Of a stretch of DNA of 64,000 bases, positions 36,867 to 51,063 are shown piece after piece; within the stretch, counting starts at the first letter, position 1, and each line of letters starts with the position of its first letter. The stretch lies in NCBI GenBank assembly GCA_965235115.1, contig OZ249451.1, positions 9,982,001 through 10,046,000 on the forward strand. Reading direction: 5' to 3'. The position numbers and the translations under genes are program-made. This DNA comes from Laetmonice hystrix. Lineage: Eukaryota. The notes under the pieces were generated by a model. That model was not told the origin of the DNA. It did not search any database and saw only the letters and a program-made list of their open reading frames with translations.

Positions 36867-36980
36867 ATACAGGGACAGTACGCTCGCTGTAAGGAGTATG
36901 TCCCATACAGGGACAGTACGCTCGCTGTAAGGAGTATGTCCCATACAGGGACAGTACGCTCGCTGTAAGGAGTATGTCCC
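36867..36980 (+). repeat. 38-bp tandem repeat x3, identical units
   Basis: ATACAGGGACAGTACGCTCGCTGTAAGGAGTATGTCCC at 36867, 36905 and 36943. Confidence 0.98.
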
Positions 36981-37872
36981 ATGATATAGACACAGACTGA
37001 GTATGTCCAATCCTTCAGATAGCTTGGATCTTTGGCGATTTCAAAACTTTCTCCACTGCGGTCAACATACATCGACAGTAAGCGCCATTTCTTTGCAGGA
37101 TAATATCAAGATTCTTGCGAATGTTTCTAGAATAGCAAAACCTGGTGAAGTTTGCTTTCCTCGATTTACGATGGAATGAGCAGGAGAATATGGATAAATT
37201 CTCCATGTGTCATAAGCTGACAGAGTCGTCCTAATAATGCCGGATTAAGGGAAAAATGGCATAGGAATAGAAGGACGTGGGCAATAGCTGCTGGTGAGTG
37301 GTATTAATTACATTGATTGGTCCCAGTGCTGTGAGATACGGTAGGCGTCCCTCAGGCAGTTTTAGTTCTTCAGTGAATTGGGTCTTAATTACCAGAGAGT
37401 CAGACCGTCAGAAAAAGAACAACCAATTTGCCAAGAAGATGAAATCTCATCGACGAGGAGCCCTTCGGAGGGCCTCAACTGCAGCGCGTCCCGATTGCTC
37501 TGCGTGATGACTTGTAATTGCAATCAAATCACGTGCTGCGTCCTTCTTAACCATCTGCCAAGTCTTTGATGTCCACACGAGGACAGTATTGATTTCAAAA
37601 ACGTCAAAAAGATAAAGAAAAGTTTCTTGGTTTAAAATTTGGCAGGGAATAAATATTAAGACGACTAAATGGAGCACCAGAAATGGTCCCCCTTGAAATA
37701 AGGACCTTCCGTTCGTCTTTTTCGTATTTTCTTACTGGAAATTGTTTGTAAAATTCAACATTGAATTGCACGTATGTAGGTCCTTATTTTCTCATTCAAT
37801 GACGGGGGATAAAGTACAAAGGCAGGGGGCCGGGGTAGTTTCCACCCTTCTACCGACATTAGAATTAGTATC

Positions 37873-38048
37873 CAGGGCCGTAGCCTGGCCGAAATGCGTG
37901 GGGGGGCAGTAGGCCTGCCAAGTGATAGCGCGTCATTGCGCCGGTCGAGCTGGCCCGGTGTGTTGGTTAAAAAAACACAAAAAACTGGAAATCCCGGGGG
38001 GGGCAGCTGCCCCCCCTGCCCCCCCCCCCCCCGCAGGCTACGGCCCTG
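37873..38048. mobile_element. GC-rich MITE with 5-bp TSD (hAT5-like?)
   Basis: GTATC at 37868-37872 and 38049-38053. TIR CAGGGCCGTAGCC / GGCTACGGCCCTG. The superfamily assignment is inference. Confidence 0.85.
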
Positions 38049-38149
38049 GTATCACCATCAGACAAGTTGTATTTACTACCGGAAGTCTGAGGCCAACACT
38101 GCCGTGTAGCTGTCGGCTGACAATATTACTGTGGCTCAGCTCTCAACAA

Positions 38150-38308
38150 AATAAACGTTTACAACATCTGGCAATGAGAAAATATAGTTTGGAAATATAC
38201 AAATTAAAACAGTACATTTATTATGGTAATAAACGTCTACAACATCTGGCAATGAAAAAATATAGTTTGGAAATATACAAATTAAAACAGTACATTTATT
38301 ATGGTAAT
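38150..38308 (+). repeat. 78-bp tandem duplication
   Basis: aataaacgt.tacaacatctggcaatga.aaaatatag...tttattatggt at 38150 and 38228, with two substitutions. Confidence 0.95.
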
Positions 38309-41239
38309 CCATAGGTCGAGATTATTGGTTATACCATCATGATTGTCTTACTCCGGGACAAGATTGTCATTTTGTATAGTGACAGACATTGATATTCCTG
38401 GAATGTTGAAGGATTCCTTCATCCTTTCATCTCAAAACTACATGCGACACTCCTCCTGGTCAATGAACAGTCGCCACCCACGTCAGCAACCATTGCTTAT
38501 TGCTGTATTTTGTGAATACCTCCATCGTGTGTAGAATCTGCTTCATTGCTTATGAAAGGAGCCGTTGTCATTCAGCGAGGCTTTATGGAGAGCAGGAAAT
38601 GAAACCTAATGCCGCAAACAAAGCTTTCGGTCTTGCCGGGTTAATAAAACCTCCTTAAAGGCATCAAATATCAAACGCTCAGATCGCCTGATAGCTTCAG
38701 TCACGATACTGATCTAGATAAACACGTATTGGATATTCAGTATTACGTTTTATGGAACTACCTCCGAAAAACAAGTTTCTTCTGACAGCGGGTCTCTGGT
38801 CCTTTGGGGTTCAGGGTGGATGAAGTACCAGAAACCCCAGTAGAACTACTCGACCAGGAAAAAATATTTCAACTCTGATATAACAAAATATGTTTTTACA
38901 GTCGGACGTCCTGACTTTGTTTATTGGAATTGTCAGATCCATTGCTAGAGGGATGTCTAGTCGCCCAGCTTAAGTTTCCAGCGAGTGGCAGAGTCACCTG
39001 GCTGGAGGGGAAAATCTGTTATTGGAAATGCATTGGTAAAGTCATCAACAGCACCACAAGACAATATTTAATCAATGTGATCTTATTTTAGAACAGCTCT
39101 TGTCTATAATTTAAAAGCTACTGCAACCAGCGAAGAAGAATCAGCTGGTCTAGGCTTCGCTGAGCATGTTTTTGTTGTTCGTACTGAAATTCTGTGTAAA
39201 TTAGTCATCTCCAGACTCTCGCCTCGTAGCCCCGGATTAATCTAAACAAATTGGATCCGTGTTGATAAATGAATAATGTAGAGATATGTCATTTGGTTTC
39301 TTTAATCATGGTTGTGTTGTGACATGGCTGCTGTAGCTCGGCTGCAACCGGTCACACTGGGCTCAATGTTCATCACTACAAACATCTGCCGAGAGGGGCT
39401 TCCCTCTGGACGTTCGCAACTCATCGAGCACTTCCTTTGTTTCCGACGTTCTTGAGACGGTGGGCCCAGGCTCATGATGTACGATATTTTCGCGTAACAA
39501 ATCATATTTCTATGAAGTCCTTCAAATTTATACGTACTAATCTTGTATCATTAAACAAATTAATATTTCATCATGATGAATGACTTATGGAACGTACTAA
39601 GGACCTTTCAGGAAAGGCGTAGGACTTCCAAGGGTAGTTTTCCTCCCTATGTACAATCCGCAGCATGCTCTGATGTTGGCCCCCAATACGATAACCTGTC
39701 CTATCTGACAGCAGGGATCGCCTGCCCCCAACCACCAACGTAACATAAATCTACTCTCTGTCAGGCCTCGACAGCAAAAGGGGATCAATATTGGTTCATG
39801 TCGGTGTCTTGGGATTGTTCGCCCCGGGTAGGAGCGATGTCTCAGGAACATTCGCCTTCCACATGGGCGTTTGGCAGGGCCATGTACTTAAGAAACAAGG
39901 CGTGGAATCTTGTAAAGTAGTTCAGGTGGAAAGATGATTCTCTGAGGAAGGAACGCCTTGACCTTTCCCCGGAATTGTTTGTTATTGCACGATCTATGGC
40001 TGATAACAATGCATGAGGAAGGTTACTGTGACATTTGAGGACAGCTCCCCTCCGCATTGTTTCAATGGAACATTGTGCAAGGGTGCTCTTTGAGGGGATT
40101 GGGGAATTTCTAATAGATTTCTTGACAAGGAGGATCTTAAAACATTGATCGGACAGGCTCTATCACTGATGCGCACTTAATTCAACCTCTTCATGTGTCC
40201 TGCACCATAAACCTAAAAAAAACGTGCAATATTTCCATAGTTTAACCCTGCAGTCCATCATCAAGGTAAACACCCTGCTGGCATCCATGTATATATGCCC
40301 TGGAAACTAGTAGATAAACACAAAGGCTACATGTAGCAGTACTTATTGGTCAAGTGGACTGCTTTGGATATAGTAAAATTCAGTTTTATTCACGTTCGAG
40401 ACTCCCTGACGAAATGCTCGCGTTTACACTTCTCAACATGAAATCTAACCCTTTTGGACATTTACTGATTTACTGCCTTAATTGACAGATTTATTTTTGC
40501 CATACCTTTGAGGCCTGGCCACGGCAGGTTTCTGAGAAATTAAACCTCTGTGGTCTTCACGATCTCGACATACTTAAGGCAAAGTTGGATTTCTCCTGAC
40601 ACGTGCCGGACTTTGATAAAGCCGCTCCAGGAGATCGGTGGCCGACCACTTGGCAACCCCTTGACGTCCGTGACGTGAATAAAAAAAGGACATATACGGG
40701 TCTGGACATGATCTGGACAGGTCATTAGTTGGTCGCCGTCTGCCACAGGGTATAGCCATCAGTAGGCAGCTGACAGCAAAGGATTTCCCTGACCTCAATT
40801 TACCGGAAGTTCCCATGAGAAATTCCCGTAGAAGGTCCAGACGTGGCATGGACTGCGGCGCTGTGTCTCGCCACCAGGGGGAGGGCCAGTCGGCTGACTC
40901 ACCTCGCCGCCGGCTTTAAGTGACCCGCGCCTTGCACACATTGCATGTTTCTCCAAGGTTAGTGTCCCCATAGACGGTAAGACTGATGTAAGCGGAGACA
41001 TGACGGTGCTCAATTATGACCAATCAAGGAAGGCTGCATGACGAGGTACCGTGTAGAGCTCATCGGTTACTGGCAGTTGGTTACAAGGATGTACAGCCGA
41101 GGATTTTAGTATTCTGCTGAAGAAGGATTGAGAGATGTTGTAGAAGGGGGTGGCAGAACGCTCTATTCAAAGACAATTGGGAACTGATTTCCCCTATTAT
41201 CCGAAGGTGATTTCATGGTTCTCAGATTCTACCTCTTAA

Positions 41240-41578
41240 AGGTGCTATTCGTCTCGCACAGAATGGCATTTCTCCAATATACATTGTGCACATAGTACTA
41301 GAAAAAATTCCTACCGATACCATTGGCCTGATAAACCTTCTATTAGTTTGTGTGCAGCATTTGAAACCTATCTCGGTGCGCACCGAGATAGAGCCATTTC
41401 CTATGGTGGGGCGTGTCAGGGTCTCCACAGGCCTTCTGAGAGAGCCCCATTTGTGCCGTTATCCATGAAAAATTTTGATTTCCTTTGTTGTGAATCTATT
41501 TCCATGATAGGTGGGATCACATAAACGTCAACAAAATTAAAAATAAAAAAATGGAATTTTTGTTCACGAATAGCACCT
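41240..41578 (-). mobile_element. Kolobok-like family A, copy 3 (inverted)
   Basis: TTAA at 41236-41239 and 41579-41582; same TIR and body as copies 1 and 2. Confidence 0.95.
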
Positions 41579-42767
41579 TTAAAGTTGTTTCTCAATCCCG
41601 CAGCAGCACTGACTGTCTGGAAGCCGATAGCTAAGAGCCTGGCTCTTTTGCTTCGCGATGATCCTAACATGTGGACAGAATTCCTCGAGGCACGGAGATG
41701 GTGCAACCTGACATGAAAAAGTGAAATAAAAATCTTCAATGGTTCTTAAATCACATATCGATTTCTTAGAGTTATGTACACCAGGGTGTTTGAACAGAAA
41801 AGTCTAGTGGCTAGGGATTTTTTTCAAGGAGGGACACATAAGACTGGCTTGGCTGTGACTTGTTTATAGCAGTGCCTTTTAGGCATCCGTTGATTGGGTT
41901 TAATGGCTCTGTTGGGAGTTGGCAGAGTCTGCACGGAAGTTGCCAGCCAGTGGTTGCTACCTCAGCGCTGCCAGCCTAACGTTACCAGCCAAACGAGACG
42001 ACACACTAGCAAACACGGCCCATGGGAATATTGGCCAGAAAGATGGTCTTGCCATGCCTGCGTGTCCAAACGCTGAATCTGGCGCCATTTCTTCCAGTCA
42101 GCTAGGATGGACACCATAATTATTACTTTCAGAACCGTGCAGTTTCTTGCACATTTTTCTTACTCTTGGAAATGCCAGATAGCGAGATTAGAAGGCCATT
42201 TTTGGAAGGTAGTGGGGTACAAAGCATGGAAACATTCAGAGGGAACTTTTTTCTTCATGGACTGTTCTGTGGCAGAGTAAACGTATCCACATGCATCCAT
42301 TAGGGCGTTTCCCTTTCCATACATTTTTGTATTTACTTCCTCAAAAAAGATAGATTTCCGGAATATTAAAGCACGGTTTCTCTTGTGTTAAAGTATCAAT
42401 TGGGATAGAATTATCAAGAGATGACTCGGCGAGAATGACGCTATACCCGTATGAAACTAATCTGGACAAGGAAGAACTTTATGAAGGTCAGTCAGTGAAG
42501 TCAGAAATCAGGAGTCAGTCAGCAATGTCACCGTATAGTAGTCAGGCTAGAATTTATTGAGAAACCAGAGCTAGATTAAGGTCAAAGGGCTTGTAATATT
42601 ATATCGAGAATCTTTCTGTCAATGTTACCTGCCATGATTATCATTGGGTTGTGTATTTAAAAGCTGATATTTACGTCTGGACACTCAGCCTCTCGTAATA
42701 CGAAATTTCACCTTTAGTAGTACAGTAGTCTGTTGAAATATTGAATTATTTCATGATTATACAAATA

Positions 42768-42894
42768 TTGGATGGCGGCGAGTCCACTATACAGTTTACG
42801 GGACGAAGAAAAGCGATAATGGACGAGGCGAAGCCGAGTCCATTATCGCTTTTCAGAGTCCCGTAAACTGTATAGTGGACGAGCTGCCATCCAA
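42768..42894. repeat. 127-bp palindromic (foldback) element
   Basis: Two 62-nt arms (42768-42829 and 42833-42894) with 8 mismatched positions and a 3-nt GAA loop. Confidence 0.95.
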
Positions 42895-45800
42895 CACTTG
42901 CTATATTATACACCTATAGAGGTCTATATAGGGCCTAAGTAAAATACAATGTATTGATAATCCCAAATAAAGTCGAGAACACCCGCTTATGAAAATTATG
43001 TAGGTTAAACTTTAATGAACACATTTTCTGTAACCATGGTCAATGTGACAATTGGACACATTAACTTTAGAACCCCATTGACTAGTTACTATAGTTAAAT
43101 TCATCTAATCTTATCCATCTTATCATCTTATCATCTAGAATTAGCCTGGGCAGCTGGGCAGGACTGCTCTTATCATTTAGATCTACTTTGACGTCGTCTC
43201 TATGGTTTCCAGAGCGAACCGTCCAATATCGTATTTTACCATCCAATATCAAAATTTTCGGGACGGTCACGTGGTACAAATGGACCAATCAGATTGCTTA
43301 GCTGAGCCAGGTGTATAATATTATTAGATAATGGAGACTTGGCTTTTATTCATGGCCAGTTGAACAGTGGTATAGGGCTACAAATAATTCAGAAATCCAT
43401 GTAAACCTTTTTGCTGGGCTGCAGTATGTTCAGCTTTTTAACCTAATTCAACTGTAAAAGGTCTATTACATACACGCATTTCCATTGTTATTGCCAGGGC
43501 ATGGCACTGCATCAGTTCATTACCATTACGTTGTCAAATTTTGTGCCAGCCGAGCTTCAGATATCGTCATTTAGAAATAATAACATCTTTGAAATTATTG
43601 ACCATGCATCCATTTTTCAGACAGGCAATGGCTATAGGCAAGTCATTCTGTCACAGTTGAGGAAAGTGGAAAAAGGCCACGTCTCTCTGAAATCCATATC
43701 GGCCATTTCGTATTTTGTCATTAGCTTTAGTGGCAATGCATAGGCAAGGCGACGGGGAACGTGAATTTTAAGTCTTTAATCCAGGATTTTCTCTATGTTA
43801 AAGGTCATGCAGGCAAGGGCACATAGACAACCATACCACCCTCCTATTCGGAAACCACCGGGGGTCATTGTAACCCAGATAAATTGACAACAATTGTTGT
43901 ATGTGTCATAAAGTCCCCATAGACCGTTGATCAACCAGTGGCTCAAATTTAAAGTTGATGTTAATGCCCAACATGACGCTGTGTAACGTGACATTTATAT
44001 GGAAGCTGGAGGTCATAAAATTTACCTGATAATCCGAAATCGGAAAGATTATTAGTATCTGCTTTCAATATAACCTGTGCTACAAGGTTCGCTGCATGAG
44101 GTATTAGTTAGAGATATATCAATATTATTTTCTCGGGAAAGATATAAGACACAGAGAACCATTCCTGATATTGAATGCTGACCTAGAATTAGATTAAATT
44201 TATTGAAATCTACAGAATATGGCTTAGTAATACAGGACGACACTGATAATGATTTTGCATGTTTTGCGCATTTCGTGATCTTGACACTATACCTATTCGA
44301 TTAGGATTTGTATGCTGTACTCCAATCGCTCTGTATGAAGTAATTCAGAGCGCTTGTCAAAATTTCTCCTTCACGGTAGATACGTCATTTTGATAATGAT
44401 CACAACCCGACGGGGTCTGGGGGACATCATAGGGGTCACTAACGGACCGAGAAAGCTACAAAGGCACTGTTCCCGCCCTATAGAGCTGACCTCTGGTTGG
44501 ACCAACATGGCGTATCACCACTAATCTTTGCCGAGAATATGTTGAGTTGACATCAGACGTAGCTCTTAGTGGACTGAAACAAGATGAAAGCACCGTCAGA
44601 TACCATCTCCCTGAGGCACTCAGTCAAGCCGCCCAGACTCTCAGCCAGTCATGCACGTCTCAGCCAGTCATGGACGGTGTGAGTGAACGGGTGTCAAGGC
44701 AGGATTGATTGACCTTGACAAGTCAAATTAATCCATCATTCCCGTACGTCTAACCGCGGTCGTCTTTGCTCACTTGGCGTATTTATTTGGAGTGATCGGT
44801 GGTAAGTGAATGAATGTTCCGTGGATGTAAGCGAGGTGGTGGATGTTACCAGTGCGGTTATGGTTTGAGGTCTGGGTCGGCTTGGAGAAAGAAATATGGG
44901 TTCTGTACAATCCCGTCGTGAATATGAGCAGAACGGTGATGTCCCACGGGGCACTGTGCCTAGTGGAGCTTTAGTAAGACTTCCATTTGTTTAAATCTGT
45001 TTGCTGTCTGATATAACAGCCGCCATATTCCTTCAATATTCCTTATGTGTGTACGCGTAACTGGTCATGACGTATCCGTACTTCAACTGCTGCCGGGTTG
45101 CACTTCAATGAGCTTAGTAAATAGCCTTGCTAGGTAGTGCTTCTCAATGTTTCTAGGTGTTCTAGGCTGTCATATCAAAACCGCTTCGAATTACAATACC
45201 AAACTGCTCTTTCTTTAACTGTGAAAGCATCGGAGCTATTGTAGCAGTTTCCTTTGGATAATGGAAGAGCCAGCTGCAATGGTTCATTTGTATGTACTAC
45301 TTACTTCTGCCTCGTACAGCGCACCTCTTAGTGTGTGCATTGTCAAGCTAAGAAATCCCTTTTCTATGCAAACTAGGGTTGTGGAAAACTGACACTGAAA
45401 TTTTAATTTTCTGTGGACCTATCAAATTGACTAGTCTGCAGGGAACAATACTAATGCTCTTAGGTTTATTTTATTTAGTTTACTCTGAGTATTTCATGAA
45501 CAATCAGTCAGGTTAAACCCTCTGTTTATTGTTGCAATCTTGAACGATCTCAACATAAAACTTGATGCCCAAGACATCAGCAATGTCGTAAGGACATGTA
45601 ATTTGTTATTGAGAGACTCAAGCAATCCATACAACCATGGCGGGAGAGAACCATGTTGAAACAGAAAACTAGGTCACAGCAGCTGCCACCTGACCACTGC
45701 TCACCCAGACCATCTGCAGGCCATCTACTGTAGCAGCTGGAACCATTAAAGGCTTTCCCGCTCTTTCCTTGACTACGGGTGGTAGCTATAGGAACCCACA

Positions 45801-48800
45801 CGTCAGAATAGAGGGCAGAATCGTGCTTGCCTCCAATGAAACCACCTGACAGAATGACAGCTTCAATTTGTGATCCATCCTTTGATACACATCTTCAATG
45901 TGCCGCCGTGGGAATCATGTAGTTTGGCTTTGTTACGCGACCAATGCGCTATTCAAATCTATATATCGGTTGATGCGGTTGGATATCGGCAGCGATGTCT
46001 TCACGCTCATCACAGCTGTCAGAGCTAAAGTGCTGAACAATGATAAAACTGATGTGAAGCCAATACAAAAAGTCTCTTCAGGCTGCGTTCACCGATCACA
46101 AAGAATCTGACAGCACTGCTCCACTGGACTTATTCACACCCCAATCTTTGGACCAGTACAGGAGACTTGAGCTGGCAGGTAGCTCCCGCCTTTCTCTGGT
46201 TATACTCCACAGATATCGTATCCTCTGTTAACCGATGGCGACGGAATTGTGTTGGTCTCCCGTCTCCAGTTACTGCTGAAGAACGCCTGCAAGACTTAAA
46301 GAGGTCATGCATTCAAGGACATTCAAACTATCAAGGGTGGTACGGAAAAGACATTTGGGACACGCAATATCTAATTAAAGGCTAGTTTAGACAAAGGGCA
46401 ATCGTAGGGAAAATAACAGCCATTATTTTTTCCACCTTCTTATTTTTTGTCGTCGGAAACAAAGGAATATCTCGACAGGCACTTAGCTTCTTATTAAACG
46501 CGCGAACGAAGTCTTGGGTTCGTCATGAACCTATGCCATTTCAATAACTCCCCCTTTTTATTGTACTTCCATTCTAAAAACATTACGTATTTTCTTGCGT
46601 TTCTTAGCTGACTGGTTCCGGCGTAGATAGAGGAACAGTGTGTTTTCCTGGGCAATATCATGTTTCTATGCGGCGTTAGGTAGCATGATGACTACAGTCA
46701 AATCAATGCAGTAATCAGCCCTGAGATTGCAGAAAACATTGGTGGCAAACCTCGGACACGACGTTTACTGCCACAACAGGCTGACGCACAGGGAGTCTAC
46801 TTTACTTGAGGCAAATTAGAATTTAATGAACGTGTCAAAAAAAAAGTGTTTTCATAGGGGCTTATTACGAAACGTGGAAAAAAGGAACACTCGTGGCAAT
46901 GACGGATCCCATCGGGAATGAAGTGTGGATTTATTCATTACCGTTCATGTCGGATCTCTTGAGTTTCTTACAAAATGTTTACTTTAGATATAGTTTGGTA
47001 GGTAGACCGATGTTTGCTAGTCTAAGCGTATCTATGTTTAAATTTGTGATCAATCACTAAGGACTTAATAATATTATGAACTTTACATAATAATAAAAAG
47101 ACAATTTGATAATAAAAAGACAATATTATTATAAGGGTCTATAAATTTCCGAAGTTTTTAATTTAAATACAATTAGTTTGTATATGGTTCTATAGGAAAC
47201 TATGTAGGTGGCGAACCCAGTATAGCAGTAGCATGCAACAAAGATGAACATCCTCCACAAATATTGAAATGAGTAATTTCGTTTCTTCAGCAGTGACGTA
47301 TATGTTCGCCCTTTGAGTACTGAATATCATTTTCAACTTTTAGGACGGATCTAAATTATAAATCCATAACGCGAATTTAATACTCAATCTGACACGCTCC
47401 CTCGAGGTGTACTATTGAAATTATGGGACCTGCAGTATATGCTAAGTTATGATATAATGGAATGAGACTCAGGAATTATTGGTGCATTAATTCCTCAAAC
47501 ACCTGGTTACCATTGAAACAGTTTGCGCCAATTCGATTAAATTTGATAAGATAGAGATTCAATTTTCTTCTTTTTGATGAATATTTTCACTGGGATCTGC
47601 CGAAACTGTTTCAATTTCAATTGAAATCACTCAGAGATAAAGCTTTTATTCGTAAGATATTGAGTTAAAGTTGTACAGTTGTATATAAATTATAAGTCTG
47701 TCGACCCCCAGCGATTTCGGTAACGATGGAACAATACAGCACCATAACACAGTCAAGGTTCAAGTAGATTACCCATATATAGATGCATTCAGCGGTTTTG
47801 TGATTATCCGTCCATATATGTGATCAGTATCTCATTTCAAATCCGTATTTTATTATCACTTAACAGTAAATCTAAAGAATTGCAGGTTTTCGATAGGGTC
47901 AATTCTCGTCTGCGATGGGCTTTGTGAATGGCAAACGTGCGATTATGCTTTGATGAGATTGATAAACCAAAAAAGGCCAAATTTGGTGTAATTTGCCGAT
48001 ATATCACAGTACATTCCTCAGAAAGGCGAGGTCATTTTTTCCACGTGTCGCCGAAATTGGCTGTGCTTCTGTAAACAAGGAACTGGAAAGGCCCAAACCA
48101 GAAATCGATTCCTAAATTGGCCAAAAGGGCAAGACAAAATTGGCGGGAAAATCAGCGCTGGCAGAAGGCAATTACGAACAATGTGTTTCTTGCTCCTTAT
48201 TGAAATAAGTGGCTTCTGCAGTCGCTGGGCATTACTGTGGTGATCGATAAAAGGAATTGGCAAGTAATTGTGGTCCTTTGGCATCAGTTGCTGACTGTGG
48301 ACAAGGTGTCCGAGTGGATGTCTGCTGTACAGGAGACATTTTGACGCGATGGTGTCTGTATAAATGTAAGGTCTGTGCTCCCACTGACCAACGCCTACTT
48401 ATCACCATGGCAAGAGATTCGTCTTACACAGTACACGTTCAATATGTGGCGGGGAGAATTTCTAAAAATTGCGGTATGTCAGGAGTATATTAATCCACAA
48501 ATGTGATCGATATATTATGCCACGGCCGAGTTTGGTTAAAAGAGAAACATTCGTCTTCTAGACAAGAGCCTAATGAATGCTTGGAGAGTCAAGATCACTG
48601 ATATATACAATGCCATAACAACAGCATGCTCGTGGCGTCACGCCCCTTATGTAAATGTTATGTAGATGAGTCAGATACGGGAAATTGGCTCTCTGCTGAT
48701 TGGCACCTTCCTCAGAGAAATGACGGCGAGGGCATTCGTTAGGACTTAAATGGGCGAGGAATGGGGCGATAAGGCCGCGGTAATGGAGATGTAGTGGTGA

Positions 48801-50380
48801 TAAGACAACACCAATAGCCAAGTAAAGTGGTGACTCCATATTCTTATTGCCCATACCCGTACCGTGTGGTGATGTACTAATAGCTCCAGTATAAGTAGAT
48901 GTTCAGTGTTGTGTCATTACCGTCGGACGAAGTTGTTGTTGGAGAGATTTGAGCAGCAAGATGTACAGTTAGTGCTCTGGCAGTGTATCAAATAACATTC
49001 AAATAGAGAAGATTTTGTGCAAGGCTTTTAGAAAGTAAAAATTGATCAACTATTTTTTATTCAGTCAAATTGTATGTTATTCTATTCGGTTTTCCATTTA
49101 CTGTGTCCGACACTTGAATAGTAAGCGATCCATTTCTAATAATATGTTATCCCTGCTGTTATTAATGTTTTGTAATAACCTCTTGAAATTGTAAGCCAAC
49201 CCATAGAGGAACGACCGTCAATGGCAAGGAAATAGGAATGCATTGTGATGACTTCGTTTTAAAACTATGCATACACCACGCGATGAACACACCCTATATA
49301 ACGGAACAACGGAACCCCTACTTGTCTTGCGTCTTTTAACCAGTACAGCTCTGGCTTTACTGATAAAAGGAGCTGATAGAATTTTAATTAGAGACTCCTT
49401 CAGATGAGCTGGATGACTTGACAATTGGATATCCAATAGAGATGCTATCGCAGCCACCTAGAAGACTTCTTTTAACTGATATATCTTTGTATTTACGTTT
49501 GTGGTTTTTCTTGTTTTTTAACTCTGATTTCTTATGGTGCCGAAGGAACGCGATACCTTTTAATTACACAACATATTGGCGTCACAATGTATTTTATCAG
49601 CGAGAGTAGTGGCTCGATGTTTTAATATCAAAGATTGTTTCTTAGATCAGTCCATTACAGAACGCGGTTACCAAACAAATTGGATTTGCAATCACTATAT
49701 TTGTAACAAACTTAAGAAAGCTAAAAAGTGTGTTGTATAACACGTTTACCACAACATTTTCTGTAACCTCTAAAAACGACACGGAACGGGAGGGGGGCTC
49801 GTGATGGTTAACCTTTTTGAAAAAAAGGTATTAAAGAAGGATAGCCATGCAGTTCATTTGACCAGAGGAGCAAACATAACTCGCCAACAATGGCGAACTA
49901 ATATATGAACTACCAAGAAAATTTCCTTGGCTTGCAAGTGCCAAGATCCTCGGAGACAGTAATGTTGATACTCTTAGTAGAAGTCATTTCAGCAGGTTTC
50001 AGAAGGTTTCGTACGGTCATTTGAATATTCCGGCCTACGAAAAGAAAAGAAAACATTCCAGTAGAATACGTTTACAGACTGGGGGAGATGTTAAGAGGTG
50101 AGAACAAGTGGAAGGTTCTCCGTGTGCTGTACTGACCCATCTATCACCAGTACGAGCTCTGGGTCATTATTTATCGATAGTAAACATTGCAGGGTTTTTT
50201 TCTCCAAGACAATATTATGAGGCAACGCGCAACTACATTATTCATTGGCATACTTCATCCCCCCCCCCTTGATCACACATTCAATCCATGTACGAGTACC
50301 GAGTACGAGTACCGAAGAGGCAAAACGAGAATTTTGATTTTTTTAAATTAAACGGCTGAGAAGTCAACGCCCAACTTTAA

Positions 50381-50726
50381 AGGGAATAGAAAAGTTCAAA
50401 CTATCAATATAAGGGTGTTCAGTATGAACAAGCTTGTTCTTACCTACAATTCTGTAATTATCTGATCTTTAATAAAGGAATAATCAACCGAAATGTAGAG
50501 ACATTCTCCCGCTGGCTTCGTCCGTTTGTTTGCCCTATTTGGCCCTTATCTCAATCTATTAATAGATATAGCTCCCGCTGTCTCGCGTGGGAAATAGCGA
50601 ATGACCTAGGCGGTATTTTTAAAAAGTCGCCGTTGACAGTGTTCCACTTATGGGTGTGACCTTAGACACTTTATATGTTGTTACTGGTGTTCAAAGGTAC
50701 GTTAGTGAGGCATTTTTCTATTCCCT
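50381..50726 (-). mobile_element. Kolobok-like family B, copy 2 (inverted)
   Basis: TTAA at 50377-50380 and 50727-50730. Reverse complement of 34053-34402 with a 4-nt indel and several substitutions. Confidence 0.95.
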
Positions 50727-51063
50727 TTAATGCGTACGTCTTTTAGACAAAACACAGCATGACGAGCATGTGACAGCTCCTATTCTTAAAGACACCTGAG
50801 ATTAAGTTAAACTGGGAGGGAGAAATCACAATATCTAACATGTAGTTAGTCTTTATTTCACTTTTAATGCAAGCTATTAAAATTAGGTTTCGTCTTCTTA
50901 TACTTGTTGATGACATCAAATTTAGAATTGAAATATCATGATTTGAAATTTAAGAAGCTCTTTCAATTCACACATCCTTAAATATTTACACATCCAATAT
51001 TCTGAACAATTATTTGCATGGTAGAGATAGAATATGATGAGGGAAACTTGAATGAAACCTCAC

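Noticed and set aside
37396-37507. Possible terminal exon ESDRQKKNNQFAKKMKSHRRGALRRASTAARPDCSA*
   Set aside because: No recognisable homology and no linked exon; within chance expectation.
19085-41739. Recurrent ORFs METLTRPTIGNG... at 19.3, 23.2 and 41.2 kb as a gene family
   Set aside because: They lie largely inside the three copies of MITE family A; no transposase similarity.
43101-43135. Three GATA sites
   Set aside because: Simply an (ATCTTATC)n short tandem repeat.
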